A stretch of DNA of 64,000 bases from positions 1,304,388 through 1,368,387 of the forward strand of contig OZ253485.1 in NCBI GenBank assembly GCA_965261935.1. Reading direction: 5' to 3'. Source of the stretch: Dehalococcoidia bacterium. Its GTDB lineage: Bacteria; Chloroflexota; Dehalococcoidia; Lucifugimonadales; G963668185. Shown here one piece after another: positions 37,729-47,584 of the stretch. Made by a program: the position numbers and the translations under genes. The notes under the pieces were generated by a model. The model ran no database searches. It was given only the letters and a program-made list of their open reading frames with translations, and was not told the DNA's origin. Every line of letters starts with the position of its first letter. Within the stretch, counting starts at the first letter, position 1.

Positions 37729-38988
37729 CTGCGACCGGCCACTCTCAGAAGGGTCTCACTCCCTTTCCACACCTTTTTCAAGTTCCCGGGAGGAAGCGAA
37801 CGCCGCTTCTGGTTCAACACGTCGTTTCTCTTCTCTGGGACCGCCTCTGTTCTTATTGGAACGTTCCTTGTTGTGGCGGCTGGCTGCAATGGAAGCCCAG
37901 AAGCAGTAGCCACCACCACAGCTGAGGCGCCGGCCCTCACACCCGCGCTCACCAGCACCCCGGCACCCTCGCCATCACCCAGGTCGGCACCGCCGAGCAG
38001 CACTCCCGAAACCGACCAATCCAGCTCCAGCAGTGCGGTAGTTGCCTTCGCCCCCCAACACGGTGCCCTGACCACTGTTGAGGTGGTAAAAATGCTCGCG
38101 CCCTCAGTGGTCCACATTGCCGCCCAAGCGCCCATCTACCCTAACGAGGCCCTGTCTTCCACAGGCGTGGCCACCGGTGTGGTCCTCGACGATCTCGGCC
38201 ATATTCTCACCAGCAACCACGCAGTAGAGTTCGCCCTGGACATCACTGTTACGCTCATCGACGGTCGGCGGGTCCCGGGCATGGTCGTCGGAACCGACCG
38301 TCGTACGGATTTGGCTGTAATCCGAGTAGAGGCAGAGGACCTTGTTCCAGCCAAGCTGGGCAACACTTCCAGCGTGCAAGTTGGCGAGGACGTCATTGCG
38401 ATTGGCCATGCGCTCGGCCTAGACGGTGCCCCCACGGTCACGAAGGGCGTGATCAGTGCGCTTAGCCGATCGATAGACGTTACAGCCAATATAACAATCG
38501 TCGACATGATCCAGACCGACGCTTCGATCAACCCGGGCAACAGCGGTGGCCCGCTGGTTAACGCCAGGGGACAAATCATTGGCATTAACACTGCGATAGT
38601 TCAGGCCGGAGCGGGTATCGGTTTCGCCATCAACGTAGACGACGCCAAGTTCGTTCTGCTGCAACTCATCGATAGCGGCGTTGTGCGCCGGGGGTTCTTG
38701 GGAGTCACGCCGATCAATCTCACGCCTGCCAATACAACTAGGGTAGGAGAGGACTCGCCGATCACCCGCGGCGTTGTTATTGCACGCCTGGTCGAAGGCG
38801 GGCCCGCCGCCATGGCAGGCCTACAGGAATTCGACGTGATCGTGACCATCGGCGGAGATGAAGTAAAGAACACGGGCGAACTGGCCCGCTTCCTCAGGAC
38901 GCACCTCCCGGACGAGACCACCACTGTGGTCTTCTACCGCGACAATATGCGAATGGAGAGGGAGGTGATGTTGGGCGAGCGTCCTTGA
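37729..38988 (+). CDS. HtrA/DegP-family serine protease with PDZ domain; probable non-canonical CTG start
   Basis: Catalytic residues in TSNHAV, DLAVIRV and GNSGGPL, with a PDZ domain at the C-terminus. The signal/lipobox segment FLVVAAGC lies upstream of the first GTG (37873). The only SD-preceded candidate start is CTG 37729. Confidence 0.8.
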   Translation: MRPATLRRVSLPFHTFFKFPGGSERRFWFNTSFLFSGTASVLIGTFLVVAAGCNGSPEAVATTTAEAPALTPALTSTPAPSPSPRSAPPSSTPETDQSSSSSAVVAFAPQHGALTTVEVVKMLAPSVVHIAAQAPIYPNEALSSTGVATGVVLDDLGHILTSNHAVEFALDITVTLIDGRRVPGMVVGTDRRTDLAVIRVEAEDLVPAKLGNTSSVQVGEDVIAIGHALGLDGAPTVTKGVISALSRSIDVTANITIVDMIQTDASINPGNSGGPLVNARGQIIGINTAIVQAGAGIGFAINVDDAKFVLLQLIDSGVVRRGFLGVTPINLTPANTTRVGEDSPITRGVVIARLVEGGPAAMAGLQEFDVIVTIGGDEVKNTGELARFLRTHLPDETTTVVFYRDNMRMEREVMLGERP

Positions 38989-39418
38989 GGCGGGGCTCCA
39001 TCCGGCCATCGTCCCGTCGGCCTGGGCTGGTCACTACGCTTCGTCTTCAGCACTGCCCTGGGCAGGTCCATGTTGCCGTCGAGGCGGCGTTGACTGGCCT
39101 CGGGACCTCGGCTGGAGGTTGAAATCAGCGCCGACTTACAGGCGCTCCCGCCCGCGCCTTCCTTAACGATGCGGGGCCTGACGCCGGGCCGCATGTCGCA
39201 CGGGGCCACGCCCCGAAAAGGACGCGAATTAGCACGCTAGTATTGGCCGAAACCTATCAATCATTCGGAACACAATCTCTAAGATACTCGCTTGCGGGGG
39301 CCTTCAAACCGCATGCTAGAATGCTTCCCAACCGGCGGCGAGACAACCCTTTCATTTCCTCTCCATGCCTATGGCATGGGACCTATGGGTCTTGTCCCCT
39401 CACTTTTGGATTTCATTC

Positions 39419-40774
39419 ATGGCAGGCAATCACGGAAATAGTCTGTGGCATTCTGTTCTCGGAAATCTGCAGCTCCAAGTGCCCCGCCCAAGTTTCGACA
39501 CGTGGCTCAAGGACACGGTCGGCTTACCGGGGGAAGACGGTTCGTTCGTTGTTTGCACACCCAGCCCGTTTGTTGCGGAGATGCTGGAGCGGCGGATGTA
39601 CTGTTTGATTTGCGACGCCTTGGAAAAGGTCACTGGCACGCGCCCCGAGATACTCTTCACCGTGGCTCACACGCCTAGCAACGGGCGCAACGAAGACCAT
39701 GGACAGCTCCCGCCGAGTGCTAACGGCACTGCCGATACTTCTCCCGGACAGCGGCAGGCACACTTGAACGGTAACTACACGTTCGGCACCTTCGTCGTCG
39801 GCAAGTCAAATGAACTTGCACATGCGGCATCCATGGCCGTCGCCACTGGGCCAGGCTGCACCTACAATCCGCTCGTCATTTACTCCGAGGTAGGCTTGGG
39901 CAAGACCCATCTCCTGCATGCGATTGGTCAGCGCATCGTCGACCAGGGCCAGAAGGTGGCTTACCGGACCACCGAGGAGTTCACGAACGAGTATATTGGG
40001 GCCATTCGTGATGGCAAGACGGATGCGTTTCGCGAGTTCTATCGTAGCGCGGACGCCCTCTTGCTCGACGACATTCAATTCATCATCGGCAAGGAGCAGA
40101 CCCAGGAGGGCTTCTTCCACACCTTTAACTCGCTCCAGATGGCCAACCGGCAGGTCGTCATTGCCAGCGACAGGCCTGTCGCTTCACTCACTCTCTTGCA
40201 AGACCGCATGAGGTCCCGGCTTTCCGGAGGGCTGGTCGTCGATATCCAACCACCGGACGTGGAGACCCGCCGCGCGATCCTTGAGGCCAAGGCGGACCGG
40301 TCCGCTGTTGACTTCCCAGAGGACGTCATCGACTACCTCAGTTCACACGACTACTCAAGCATCCGCGACCTCGATGGTCATCTCAACCGGATAACTGCGT
40401 TCACACAACTTCTAGGTGAGCCCGTAACACTTGACCTTGTAAAACGAGCGACCGTCGATATGTCTCCCGACAGTCGCCCGCCACCGGCCTCAGCGGAACA
40501 GGTAATCGAGCGTGTATGTAGTTACTTCAGCATGGAAGTGGACGCCCTACTTGGCCGTCGTCGCGACCGGGCTACCACGCTCGCACGGCAGGTCGCAATG
40601 TACCTCGTCAAGCAGGAGACCGGGCTGGGACTCACAGTAATTGGCAAGGTCATGGGAGGGAGAGATCACAGCACCGTGTCCTATGCTTGCTCGCAGATCG
40701 CGGCACGTCTCGGCCAAGACTCGTCATTGGAACGGCATGTTGTCAACATAAGGCGGTCGCTCACTCCGGCTTGA
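39419..40774 (+). CDS. dnaA: Chromosomal replication initiator protein DnaA
   Basis: LWHSVLGNLQ..., Walker A GLGKTHLLHA, DDIQF, and C-terminal DNA-binding domain GGRDHSTVSYA. Confidence 0.95.
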   Translation: MAGNHGNSLWHSVLGNLQLQVPRPSFDTWLKDTVGLPGEDGSFVVCTPSPFVAEMLERRMYCLICDALEKVTGTRPEILFTVAHTPSNGRNEDHGQLPPSANGTADTSPGQRQAHLNGNYTFGTFVVGKSNELAHAASMAVATGPGCTYNPLVIYSEVGLGKTHLLHAIGQRIVDQGQKVAYRTTEEFTNEYIGAIRDGKTDAFREFYRSADALLLDDIQFIIGKEQTQEGFFHTFNSLQMANRQVVIASDRPVASLTLLQDRMRSRLSGGLVVDIQPPDVETRRAILEAKADRSAVDFPEDVIDYLSSHDYSSIRDLDGHLNRITAFTQLLGEPVTLDLVKRATVDMSPDSRPPPASAEQVIERVCSYFSMEVDALLGRRRDRATTLARQVAMYLVKQETGLGLTVIGKVMGGRDHSTVSYACSQIAARLGQDSSLERHVVNIRRSLTPA

Positions 40775-41046
40775 ACTGACAACTCTTGTCTGGCCCCCCA
40801 CATGGCGTTGATCACCTGACGACAACCTGTGGATTACTGCCCGCCAACCGTGGACGAAACATGGCACGTACCCATCAATACCTGAAGTCCACCCAGCAGC
40901 CCAATCACCTTGCCAAGATATCCACAGGGTTTCCCCAGACTGTGCGGACCGCCGTGGCCATAGTCATGCGGTGCATCCGGGAATTCCTCGTTGTCCCCAG
41001 CATTATGATGACTGTTATTATCTATCCATGATTGACCGTGTCCACA
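40775..41046. other. Candidate oriC: DnaA-box-like 9-mers plus an AT-rich tract in the dnaA-obg spacer
   Basis: TGTGGATTA (40828..40836) and ATATCCACA (40918..40926) each match TTATCCACA at 8/9. GTGTCCACA (41038..41046) matches at 7/9. An AT-rich tract cattatgatgactgttattatctatccatgatt lies at about 41001..41033. Confidence 0.4.
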
Positions 41047-42290
41047 TAAAGATTTCAAGTGGTAATGGCGGTAACGGCGTTGTGAGTGGACGCCGCGAGA
41101 AATTCGTGCCGCGAGGTGGACCGGACGGTGGCTCAGGCGGAGAAGGCGGGTCTATCTACGCTGTCTGCGACCCGAATCTGAATACCTTGTTGCCGTTCAG
41201 ATACCGACGCGAATTCCACGCACAGCCAGGAGATGATGGCGCTGGAGCACGCAAGACTGGGCGGAGTGGTGAGAATGTGGAGTTGAGTGTGCCTATCGGC
41301 ACCCAATTCTGGACGACCGGCGGAACTCCAGCGCTCTTAGGTGAACTGCTGACTCCGGGAGACCGTCGACTTCTCGTTCCAGGTGGAAAGGGCGGTCGGG
41401 GCAACGCCAGCTTTTCATCGTCCATAAACAGGTTCCCGGTCATTGCCGAGGCCGGCGAGCCGGGCGTCACCAGGGAACTGCTGCTGGAACTCAAACTGCT
41501 TGCAGACGTTGGGATCATTGGCGAGCCGAACGCCGGGAAATCCAGCCTGTTGGCGGCCATGTCTGCAGCTTCCCCCAAGGTAGCTTCCTATCCGTTTACA
41601 ACATTGGAGCCCAACCTTGGAGTTGTGGATCACAGGGGGAGGACCTTCGTAGCTGTCGATATCCCTGGGCTGATTGAGGGGGCGCATGCTGGAGTCGGAC
41701 TGGGCCACGAGTTCCTGCGCCATGTGGAAAGAACTCGAGTCTTGGTGCACGTTATAGACGGTTCTCAGCCAGACCCTGAGGCGGCCCACAATCGAGTGAA
41801 CAATGAGCTGGGGTTGTTCAATGATCGCCTGACGAACAAGTCTCAGGTAGTAGCGGTAAACAAGTGTGACATGGAAGGGGTGAGAGAAGCTGCAGAACAA
41901 GTTGCCAGTGACTTGGGGAATGATCGGCCCGTTCACGTTGTTTCTGCCGCCACTCACGAAGGGTTGATCTCTCTGTTGGACGCTTTGCTGATTTGTCTCG
42001 ACAACGCGCAAGCGGACGCCGACGAAGCAGTAGGAACAGAAGAAGTTGGACTGCCGGTTCTAAGGCCAAAGCCGGAGTCCGTCGCCGTTGTACGCGAGGA
42101 TGGAGCCTTCGTGGTCCGCGAGCCGGCGGTGGAACGAATTGCGGCCATCTTGGATTTTGAAGACTGGGAGGCTCAGACTCAGTTCTATGTGAGACTCAAA
42201 CGGCTCGGAGTGATCAGGGCGCTCGAACGGGCGGGGGTGGCCCACGGGGATACGGTTAGGATCGGCGAGTTGGAATGGGAGTGGGAATAG
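41028..42290 (+). CDS. obg: GTPase Obg/CgtA
   Basis: Glycine-rich Obg fold (SSGNGGNGVVSGRREKFVPRGGPDGGSGGEGGS), G1 GEPNAGKSSLL, G3 DIPGLIEGA, G4 NKCD. Confidence 0.95.
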   Translation: MIDRVHIKISSGNGGNGVVSGRREKFVPRGGPDGGSGGEGGSIYAVCDPNLNTLLPFRYRREFHAQPGDDGAGARKTGRSGENVELSVPIGTQFWTTGGTPALLGELLTPGDRRLLVPGGKGGRGNASFSSSINRFPVIAEAGEPGVTRELLLELKLLADVGIIGEPNAGKSSLLAAMSAASPKVASYPFTTLEPNLGVVDHRGRTFVAVDIPGLIEGAHAGVGLGHEFLRHVERTRVLVHVIDGSQPDPEAAHNRVNNELGLFNDRLTNKSQVVAVNKCDMEGVREAAEQVASDLGNDRPVHVVSAATHEGLISLLDALLICLDNAQADADEAVGTEEVGLPVLRPKPESVAVVREDGAFVVREPAVERIAAILDFEDWEAQTQFYVRLKRLGVIRALERAGVAHGDTVRIGELEWEWE

Positions 42291-42291
42291 C

Positions 42292-42906
42292 ATGCGGGTT
42301 GGTGTCTTTGGCGGAACGTTCGATCCGGTGCACTTGGGCCACCTGTTACTGGCAGAGAGCGCGGCGGATGAGCTTGCTCTGAACAGTGTGCTGTTCATAC
42401 CTGCCGGCAACCCGTATCTGAAGGCTGGGTTGCCTGTGTCGTCGGCTGAACACCGGATGACTATGGTGCGGGCGGCAGTCGAAACGAACCCACGGTTCGA
42501 AGTGTCGGACATAGAGGTTCGCAACCCTGGCCCAAGCTACACGATCGAAACATTGGAACGGCTGCAAGCTGAACTCTCACTTGAAACCCAGTTGTATCTT
42601 CTCTTGGGACTGGACTCTCTCTCGGATATGCCCCGCTGGAAGAGTCCAGAGAGAATCCTCGAACGTGCGCAGATCGTAGCCTACCCTCGTGCGGGGAAGC
42701 ACGGCCCGTATCACCATTGCTCGGTTAGCGTCTTGGGACGTACGGTATCTGTCCTTGATGGCCCGCTCGTAGGCATCAGCGGAACAGGGATTAGGAGGCG
42801 GGTATCTAAGGGACTGTCGATCAAGTATCTGGTGCCGGATAGAGTAATCGATTACATCCAATTCAGCGGCCTCTACTCGTCGCATCGTCCCAGCCTTCCG
42901 GCTTGA
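42292..42906 (+). CDS. nadD: Nicotinate-nucleotide adenylyltransferase
   Basis: VGVFGGTFDPVHLGHL motif. It starts 2 nt after the obg stop (conserved obg-nadD linkage). Confidence 0.9.
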   Translation: MRVGVFGGTFDPVHLGHLLLAESAADELALNSVLFIPAGNPYLKAGLPVSSAEHRMTMVRAAVETNPRFEVSDIEVRNPGPSYTIETLERLQAELSLETQLYLLLGLDSLSDMPRWKSPERILERAQIVAYPRAGKHGPYHHCSVSVLGRTVSVLDGPLVGISGTGIRRRVSKGLSIKYLVPDRVIDYIQFSGLYSSHRPSLPA

Positions 42907-42997
42907 CGCTCAATGACGGCCATGAACAACATGCGCACTCTTTGACCGTCGGTAAGCCTGTCTTGGACGAAGTGGCGCAGAAAGCAGGGGGCCGCAA

Positions 42998-43792
42998 TTG
43001 GTGCAGATCTTGGAATTGAAGGCTCAGCCCGACTTGGCGAGCCGCGTGCGCGGAATAGAGGACGACGGATACGCGTACTTCCCCGGCGCCATCGACGCCG
43101 ACCAGGTCGCCGCTCTTCGAAAAGCGATGGATCGCCTGACACCTATCGAGGAGAGCTTCGACCAATACACGACTCCTGAGACCGGTGGGTTTCACAACAA
43201 GCACATCAACAACTCATTCAACAAGGATCCTATCTTCCTGCAATACCTGGATATGCCGGGCGTGATAGATTTGGCTGAGGCCACCCACGGGGAAGACTGC
43301 CACATCATCGGCATGACCGCATGGGTCACGGGTCCGGGGCGCCCCGACCAGCGGCTCCATTGCGACTGGCTTCCGGTCGAAGTTCCTGAAGTTCTGCTGG
43401 CAGACCCGCGCGTGAAGATGCCCGTCTTCATTTCAACTGCCCACTACTACCTTAACGATCTGTACGAGGAACTAGGCCCCACGAAATTCATTCCCGGCAG
43501 CCACAAGTCGGGCCGCCTGCCAAACGGGGCTACGGAGTGGCAGAGGCGCACCGAGCAGAGCGTGCTGTGCAAGGTGGGCGACGTGTTGATGTTCCGCTGC
43601 GAAGTGTGGCATCGGGGCACCGCAAACCGCAGCAACGAAACACGCTACCTGCTCCAGGTGCACTACGCTCAGAGGATGATCACGCAGAAATTCCCGCCTT
43701 ACCTCCACCGGGTTCAGTTCGATATTCTGGCGAGATGCACACCGCGCCAGCTTCGCCTGCTCGGCGATCACGCACGCGGCGCCTACGACTAA
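42998..43792 (+). CDS. Phytanoyl-CoA dioxygenase (PhyH) family Fe(II)/2-oxoglutarate oxygenase
   Basis: GYAYFPG..., LHCDW (HxD), FIPGSH, and CEVWHRGTANRS (distal His/Arg). Confidence 0.75.
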   Translation: MVQILELKAQPDLASRVRGIEDDGYAYFPGAIDADQVAALRKAMDRLTPIEESFDQYTTPETGGFHNKHINNSFNKDPIFLQYLDMPGVIDLAEATHGEDCHIIGMTAWVTGPGRPDQRLHCDWLPVEVPEVLLADPRVKMPVFISTAHYYLNDLYEELGPTKFIPGSHKSGRLPNGATEWQRRTEQSVLCKVGDVLMFRCEVWHRGTANRSNETRYLLQVHYAQRMITQKFPPYLHRVQFDILARCTPRQLRLLGDHARGAYD

Positions 43793-43876
43793 TCGTATTC
43801 TTGGTCGCATGACCGCAGGACGAAGTCCCTCTAGAAGCGCGCCTGGCCAGTTGCCCGCGCAGATGGGCCCGTCAGC

Positions 43877-45682
43877 GTGAAGTCCAGTGTCTTGACACCA
43901 GGACTGACGGTCGGACATGTCAGGGCGGGCTTAATGGCCGTGTCGGACCCCGCCTTCAAACTCACATTCGCATCGCTGCTGATTCTAGCGTCGCTAGGTG
44001 TCACGTACACGGACTCCCTCGGGAACTTTCCGCCGTTCGAACTCCGAAGCGTCTTGTTGCGCGGGATGGCTGTCAGCGGCATCCTGCTGCTCGGCGCTCT
44101 GGCGATTTCGCTCCGCTCTCGTACCGCATCGAACGGGGCGTTGGCCATCATTACGCTGGCCGGCATATTTACGGCATACATAGTCCACACCGAGCTGTTC
44201 TATTCAGGAAACGAGATTTGGATACTCAGTGCGTGTGCGGCGGCGGGTATCACGCTCTTCGTAGCATTCCGGCTCATAGATGAGCTTCGTTGGGGAGGGC
44301 TCGCCCTGTCGACAGTGGCGGTCGTGGTTGCTGTGGTGCTTGTATGGGCGGAGGCAGGATCGGAGATTGTGCGGGGGTTCAATACGCCTGGGGGCCTCTT
44401 CTACCTTAGCAGTACCACGATGTGGCTTGCCCTCATCGGATTGTGCTCCTTCGCAGGGGATTCATTTTACTTGATGTCTCGGATTGTCGACGCTTCCCGT
44501 TGGGGAAGCGTCGCCCTACTGGTTATCATGTTGACGGTTGTCTCCCTTTTCATCTTCCTGGGGCACAGGTTTGGTACTGGCGGGGACGACCTCCACGGAG
44601 ATGTGGAAGCTGTCAGCGGCCTATCCACCAGCGGCTGGGAAGACCATCCAAACGTCCGCTCCATCGTCTTCAGGGATACGCCGCAGGTGTACTTCGTCGG
44701 ATTCGATGCGATCACCCCTGAAGCAATCATGCAGAGATACATGGGAATCGAGACAACCGACTTCCACCAGGTGTTGGAAGCGGACATGCGCCGTATTCGG
44801 AACCTGTTTACTAACAGCGTTTCTACGAGGAACTCACTGAACACGCTCCTAGCGCTGGACTTGGACCTCTATCTGAATACCGGGGCAGAAGGTGATGATC
44901 GGCCCAACTACTTCGCAGGGCATGACCTAAGTCCACTGGTCTGGATTCTAAGGCAGAACGGGTACGAGACGACATCCATCTTTGAGAATGCGTACATGGG
45001 AAACCGAGGAGGTCCGGGCATTGACAACTACATAATCAATCAGTATGTCGCTCTGTGCTCACTGCTGGACCAAGACATACGACCGTGGGCGTTCTGGGGC
45101 TACTGCTGGAACCAAGAAGTAACAGATTTTCGCCCATCTCAGCTCCTCTCCCGGGACGAATTCTTCTTGACGGAGTTGACTAGTGTGGAGAGAACAGGCC
45201 CCCAATTCGTGATCGCGCATATCTGGATGCCTGGCCACACGCCCTCGAAGTTCGATTACTCAAATCAGGCCGAGAAAAAGGACTTTGTCACTCGTTACCG
45301 TGAGAGGTTCGATGCGGCTGCAATTATTCTGGAGCAGATCATTGATCACATCCGCGTCAACGACCCTGATGCCATCCTGTTCGTTTACGGCGACCACGGA
45401 GCTTGGCTGTCCAGCAGGATGAAAATCGAAGAAAACCCTGAGTTCTTCCTCCAGGACCGGTTCGGCATCCTCGGAGGCGTGTATCCGCCAGACCGTTGCG
45501 CCGCTGAGTTCGACGAGGCGGAGAGCAAGGGGTACGTGACCTCCCTGGACATCGTCCATGCGATACTAGAGTGCCTCTCCGGAGGGCAGAGCCCGCTCCG
45601 GGAGCCAAGAAATGATCGGTTCTGGGGTCCAGGAGTGCCCGAAGACCACTCCTACGATTACGAGGAGTTCCTCTATGAATAG
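43877..45682 (+). CDS. Membrane-anchored alkaline-phosphatase-superfamily protein (LtaS/EptA/sulfatase-like architecture), paralogue A
   Basis: About 250 aa of TM helices, then an extracytoplasmic domain with VYFVGFDAI, IWMPGHTP and VYGDHGAWLS (metal-ligand-like D / PGH / GDHG). Confidence 0.65.
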   Translation: MKSSVLTPGLTVGHVRAGLMAVSDPAFKLTFASLLILASLGVTYTDSLGNFPPFELRSVLLRGMAVSGILLLGALAISLRSRTASNGALAIITLAGIFTAYIVHTELFYSGNEIWILSACAAAGITLFVAFRLIDELRWGGLALSTVAVVVAVVLVWAEAGSEIVRGFNTPGGLFYLSSTTMWLALIGLCSFAGDSFYLMSRIVDASRWGSVALLVIMLTVVSLFIFLGHRFGTGGDDLHGDVEAVSGLSTSGWEDHPNVRSIVFRDTPQVYFVGFDAITPEAIMQRYMGIETTDFHQVLEADMRRIRNLFTNSVSTRNSLNTLLALDLDLYLNTGAEGDDRPNYFAGHDLSPLVWILRQNGYETTSIFENAYMGNRGGPGIDNYIINQYVALCSLLDQDIRPWAFWGYCWNQEVTDFRPSQLLSRDEFFLTELTSVERTGPQFVIAHIWMPGHTPSKFDYSNQAEKKDFVTRYRERFDAAAIILEQIIDHIRVNDPDAILFVYGDHGAWLSSRMKIEENPEFFLQDRFGILGGVYPPDRCAAEFDEAESKGYVTSLDIVHAILECLSGGQSPLREPRNDRFWGPGVPEDHSYDYEEFLYE

Positions 45683-45847
45683 AACACTGCCCAATGAAGT
45701 CATAGTAGGGTGCTTATCGCGGCAGCTGCCTTGCCTCGTGCTGTTTCTGCGTCCGACGGCGCCGAAACCATGACTGCCGCCGCGCTACGGGCAAACAAGG
45801 CCGACGAAGGACACTGGCGGCGGCCCGTTGACAATCCCTAGACCAGA

Positions 45848-47584
45848 GTGATGGATTGGCCGACCGTGCGCTTGAGGACGGGTCTTGAAGGAGCATCCGA
45901 ACCGGCCTTCAAACTCACGTTCTCGGCCCTGCTCATAACTGCTGCCCTGGGAGCCACGTATCTCAGTTCCGAGGATAACTTCCCAGGAATTGAGTTGAGA
46001 GATGTCCTCGCGCGCGGAATGGCCATCAGTCTGGTCCTGCTGCTCGGATCGCTAGCGTTATCACTGCGCTTGAAGACTCTGGCGAATGGTGCGTTGGCGC
46101 TGGTTACGCTTGCCGGTATATTCACAGCCTACATCGTCCACACTGAGCTGTTTTATCCCGGAAACAGGGCCTGGATGCTCGTTGTGTGCTTGGCCGCGCT
46201 GGTCACGCTTTTCGTGGCGTACCGCCTTATCGACCACCTTCGTTGGGGAGGGCTCGTCCTGTCAGCGGTGGCGTCGCTCCCTTTAGCTGCGCTTATCTGG
46301 TCGCAGGTCTGGCCAATGTTCACAGCGGGAATCGCCACACCCGGCGGCCTGCTCCAATTGGGGAGTCCCTTGATGTGGGTCGGCCTTCTTGGAATCTGCG
46401 CAGGCACGGTACTCGCACTGCATTTGATGTTCCGGGCTGCGGAAGCTCCACTGTGGGGAGCGTTTGCCCTGCTGGTTGTGACTGCGTTTCTCGTCTTCGC
46501 ACTGATCTGGCTAGATAGGAATCATGGCGAAGGCGGTACTGGCTACTACGCCGACGGCTGGGAAGACCACCCCGGCATTCACGCCTTAACATTCGACGAA
46601 ACGCCTAACGTGTACTTTGTCGTCTTCGACTCGATTGTCCCTGAGGCCATAGTGCAGAAGCAGATGGGAATCGAGACGACCGATTTCCACAGGGTGTTGG
46701 AAGTGAACATGCGCCGTCTCCCCAATCTGTTTGCCAACAGCATCACGACCATCTACTCACTGAATGCTCTCTTGGCTCTCGATTGGGACATATTTATGAA
46801 GCAATGGGAGGATACCGGTTCAAGACCTAGCTATGTCGCCGGGCATGATTTGAGTCCACTCGTGTGGACTTTCAGAGAGAATGGGTACCAAGCTACATCC
46901 ATCATCAACACGCCGCACTTTGGGCATCGCCAAGGAATGGGCATAGATAACTACATCATTAACAGGAGTGAGGCAATCTGCCTCTTGCTGGATGAGGATG
47001 TAAGGCCTTGGGCATTCTGGGGCTACTGCAGATATCGTGAAGCCGATCCAAAGCCAGGGGAACAAGTTCCATCAGGAGAATTTCTGGTACGCGAAATCGC
47101 TGGGATCAACAGGAGCAACCCCCAGTTTGTGATCGCGCATCTTTACTTGCCTGGCCATTACCAGAAGCAGCATGACAGAGAGACCTTCATAGAACAGTAT
47201 GAAAGAAACTTCAACAACGCGGCCGTCTTCCTCGAACGGATCATTAGACATCTCAGGATAAATGACCCTGAGGCGATACTATTCATTCTTGGTGATCACG
47301 GAGCCATGCTGTCCCAAGAGTTCAAGATTGAAGAAGACCCCACGTTCTTCCTCCAGGACCGGTTCGGCATCCTCGGAGGCGTGTATCCGCCGGACCGTTG
47401 CGCCGCTGAGTTCGACGAAGCAGAGAGCAAGGGTTACGTGACCTCCTTAGACATCGTGCATGCGATACTAGAGTGCCTGTCTGGTGGACAGAGCCCGCTC
47501 CGGGAGCCGAGGAATGACCGGTTCTGGGGTTCGGGAGTACCCGAAGACCACTCTTACGAGTACGAGGAGTTCCTCTATGAATAG
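45848..47584 (+). CDS. Membrane-anchored alkaline-phosphatase-superfamily protein, paralogue B
   Basis: Collinear with 43877..45682 (VYFVVFDSI, LYLPGHYQ, LGDHGAMLS). The last 79 residues are nearly identical to paralogue A. Confidence 0.65.
   Translation: MMDWPTVRLRTGLEGASEPAFKLTFSALLITAALGATYLSSEDNFPGIELRDVLARGMAISLVLLLGSLALSLRLKTLANGALALVTLAGIFTAYIVHTELFYPGNRAWMLVVCLAALVTLFVAYRLIDHLRWGGLVLSAVASLPLAALIWSQVWPMFTAGIATPGGLLQLGSPLMWVGLLGICAGTVLALHLMFRAAEAPLWGAFALLVVTAFLVFALIWLDRNHGEGGTGYYADGWEDHPGIHALTFDETPNVYFVVFDSIVPEAIVQKQMGIETTDFHRVLEVNMRRLPNLFANSITTIYSLNALLALDWDIFMKQWEDTGSRPSYVAGHDLSPLVWTFRENGYQATSIINTPHFGHRQGMGIDNYIINRSEAICLLLDEDVRPWAFWGYCRYREADPKPGEQVPSGEFLVREIAGINRSNPQFVIAHLYLPGHYQKQHDRETFIEQYERNFNNAAVFLERIIRHLRINDPEAILFILGDHGAMLSQEFKIEEDPTFFLQDRFGILGGVYPPDRCAAEFDEAESKGYVTSLDIVHAILECLSGGQSPLREPRNDRFWGSGVPEDHSYEYEEFLYE

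Noticed and set aside
38989-39418. The 430-bp region upstream of dnaA as the origin
   Set aside because: I found no 8/9 or better DnaA-box matches there. There is only a weak promoter-like TTGCGG-N19-TAGAAT (39292..39322). The dnaA-obg spacer is the better candidate.
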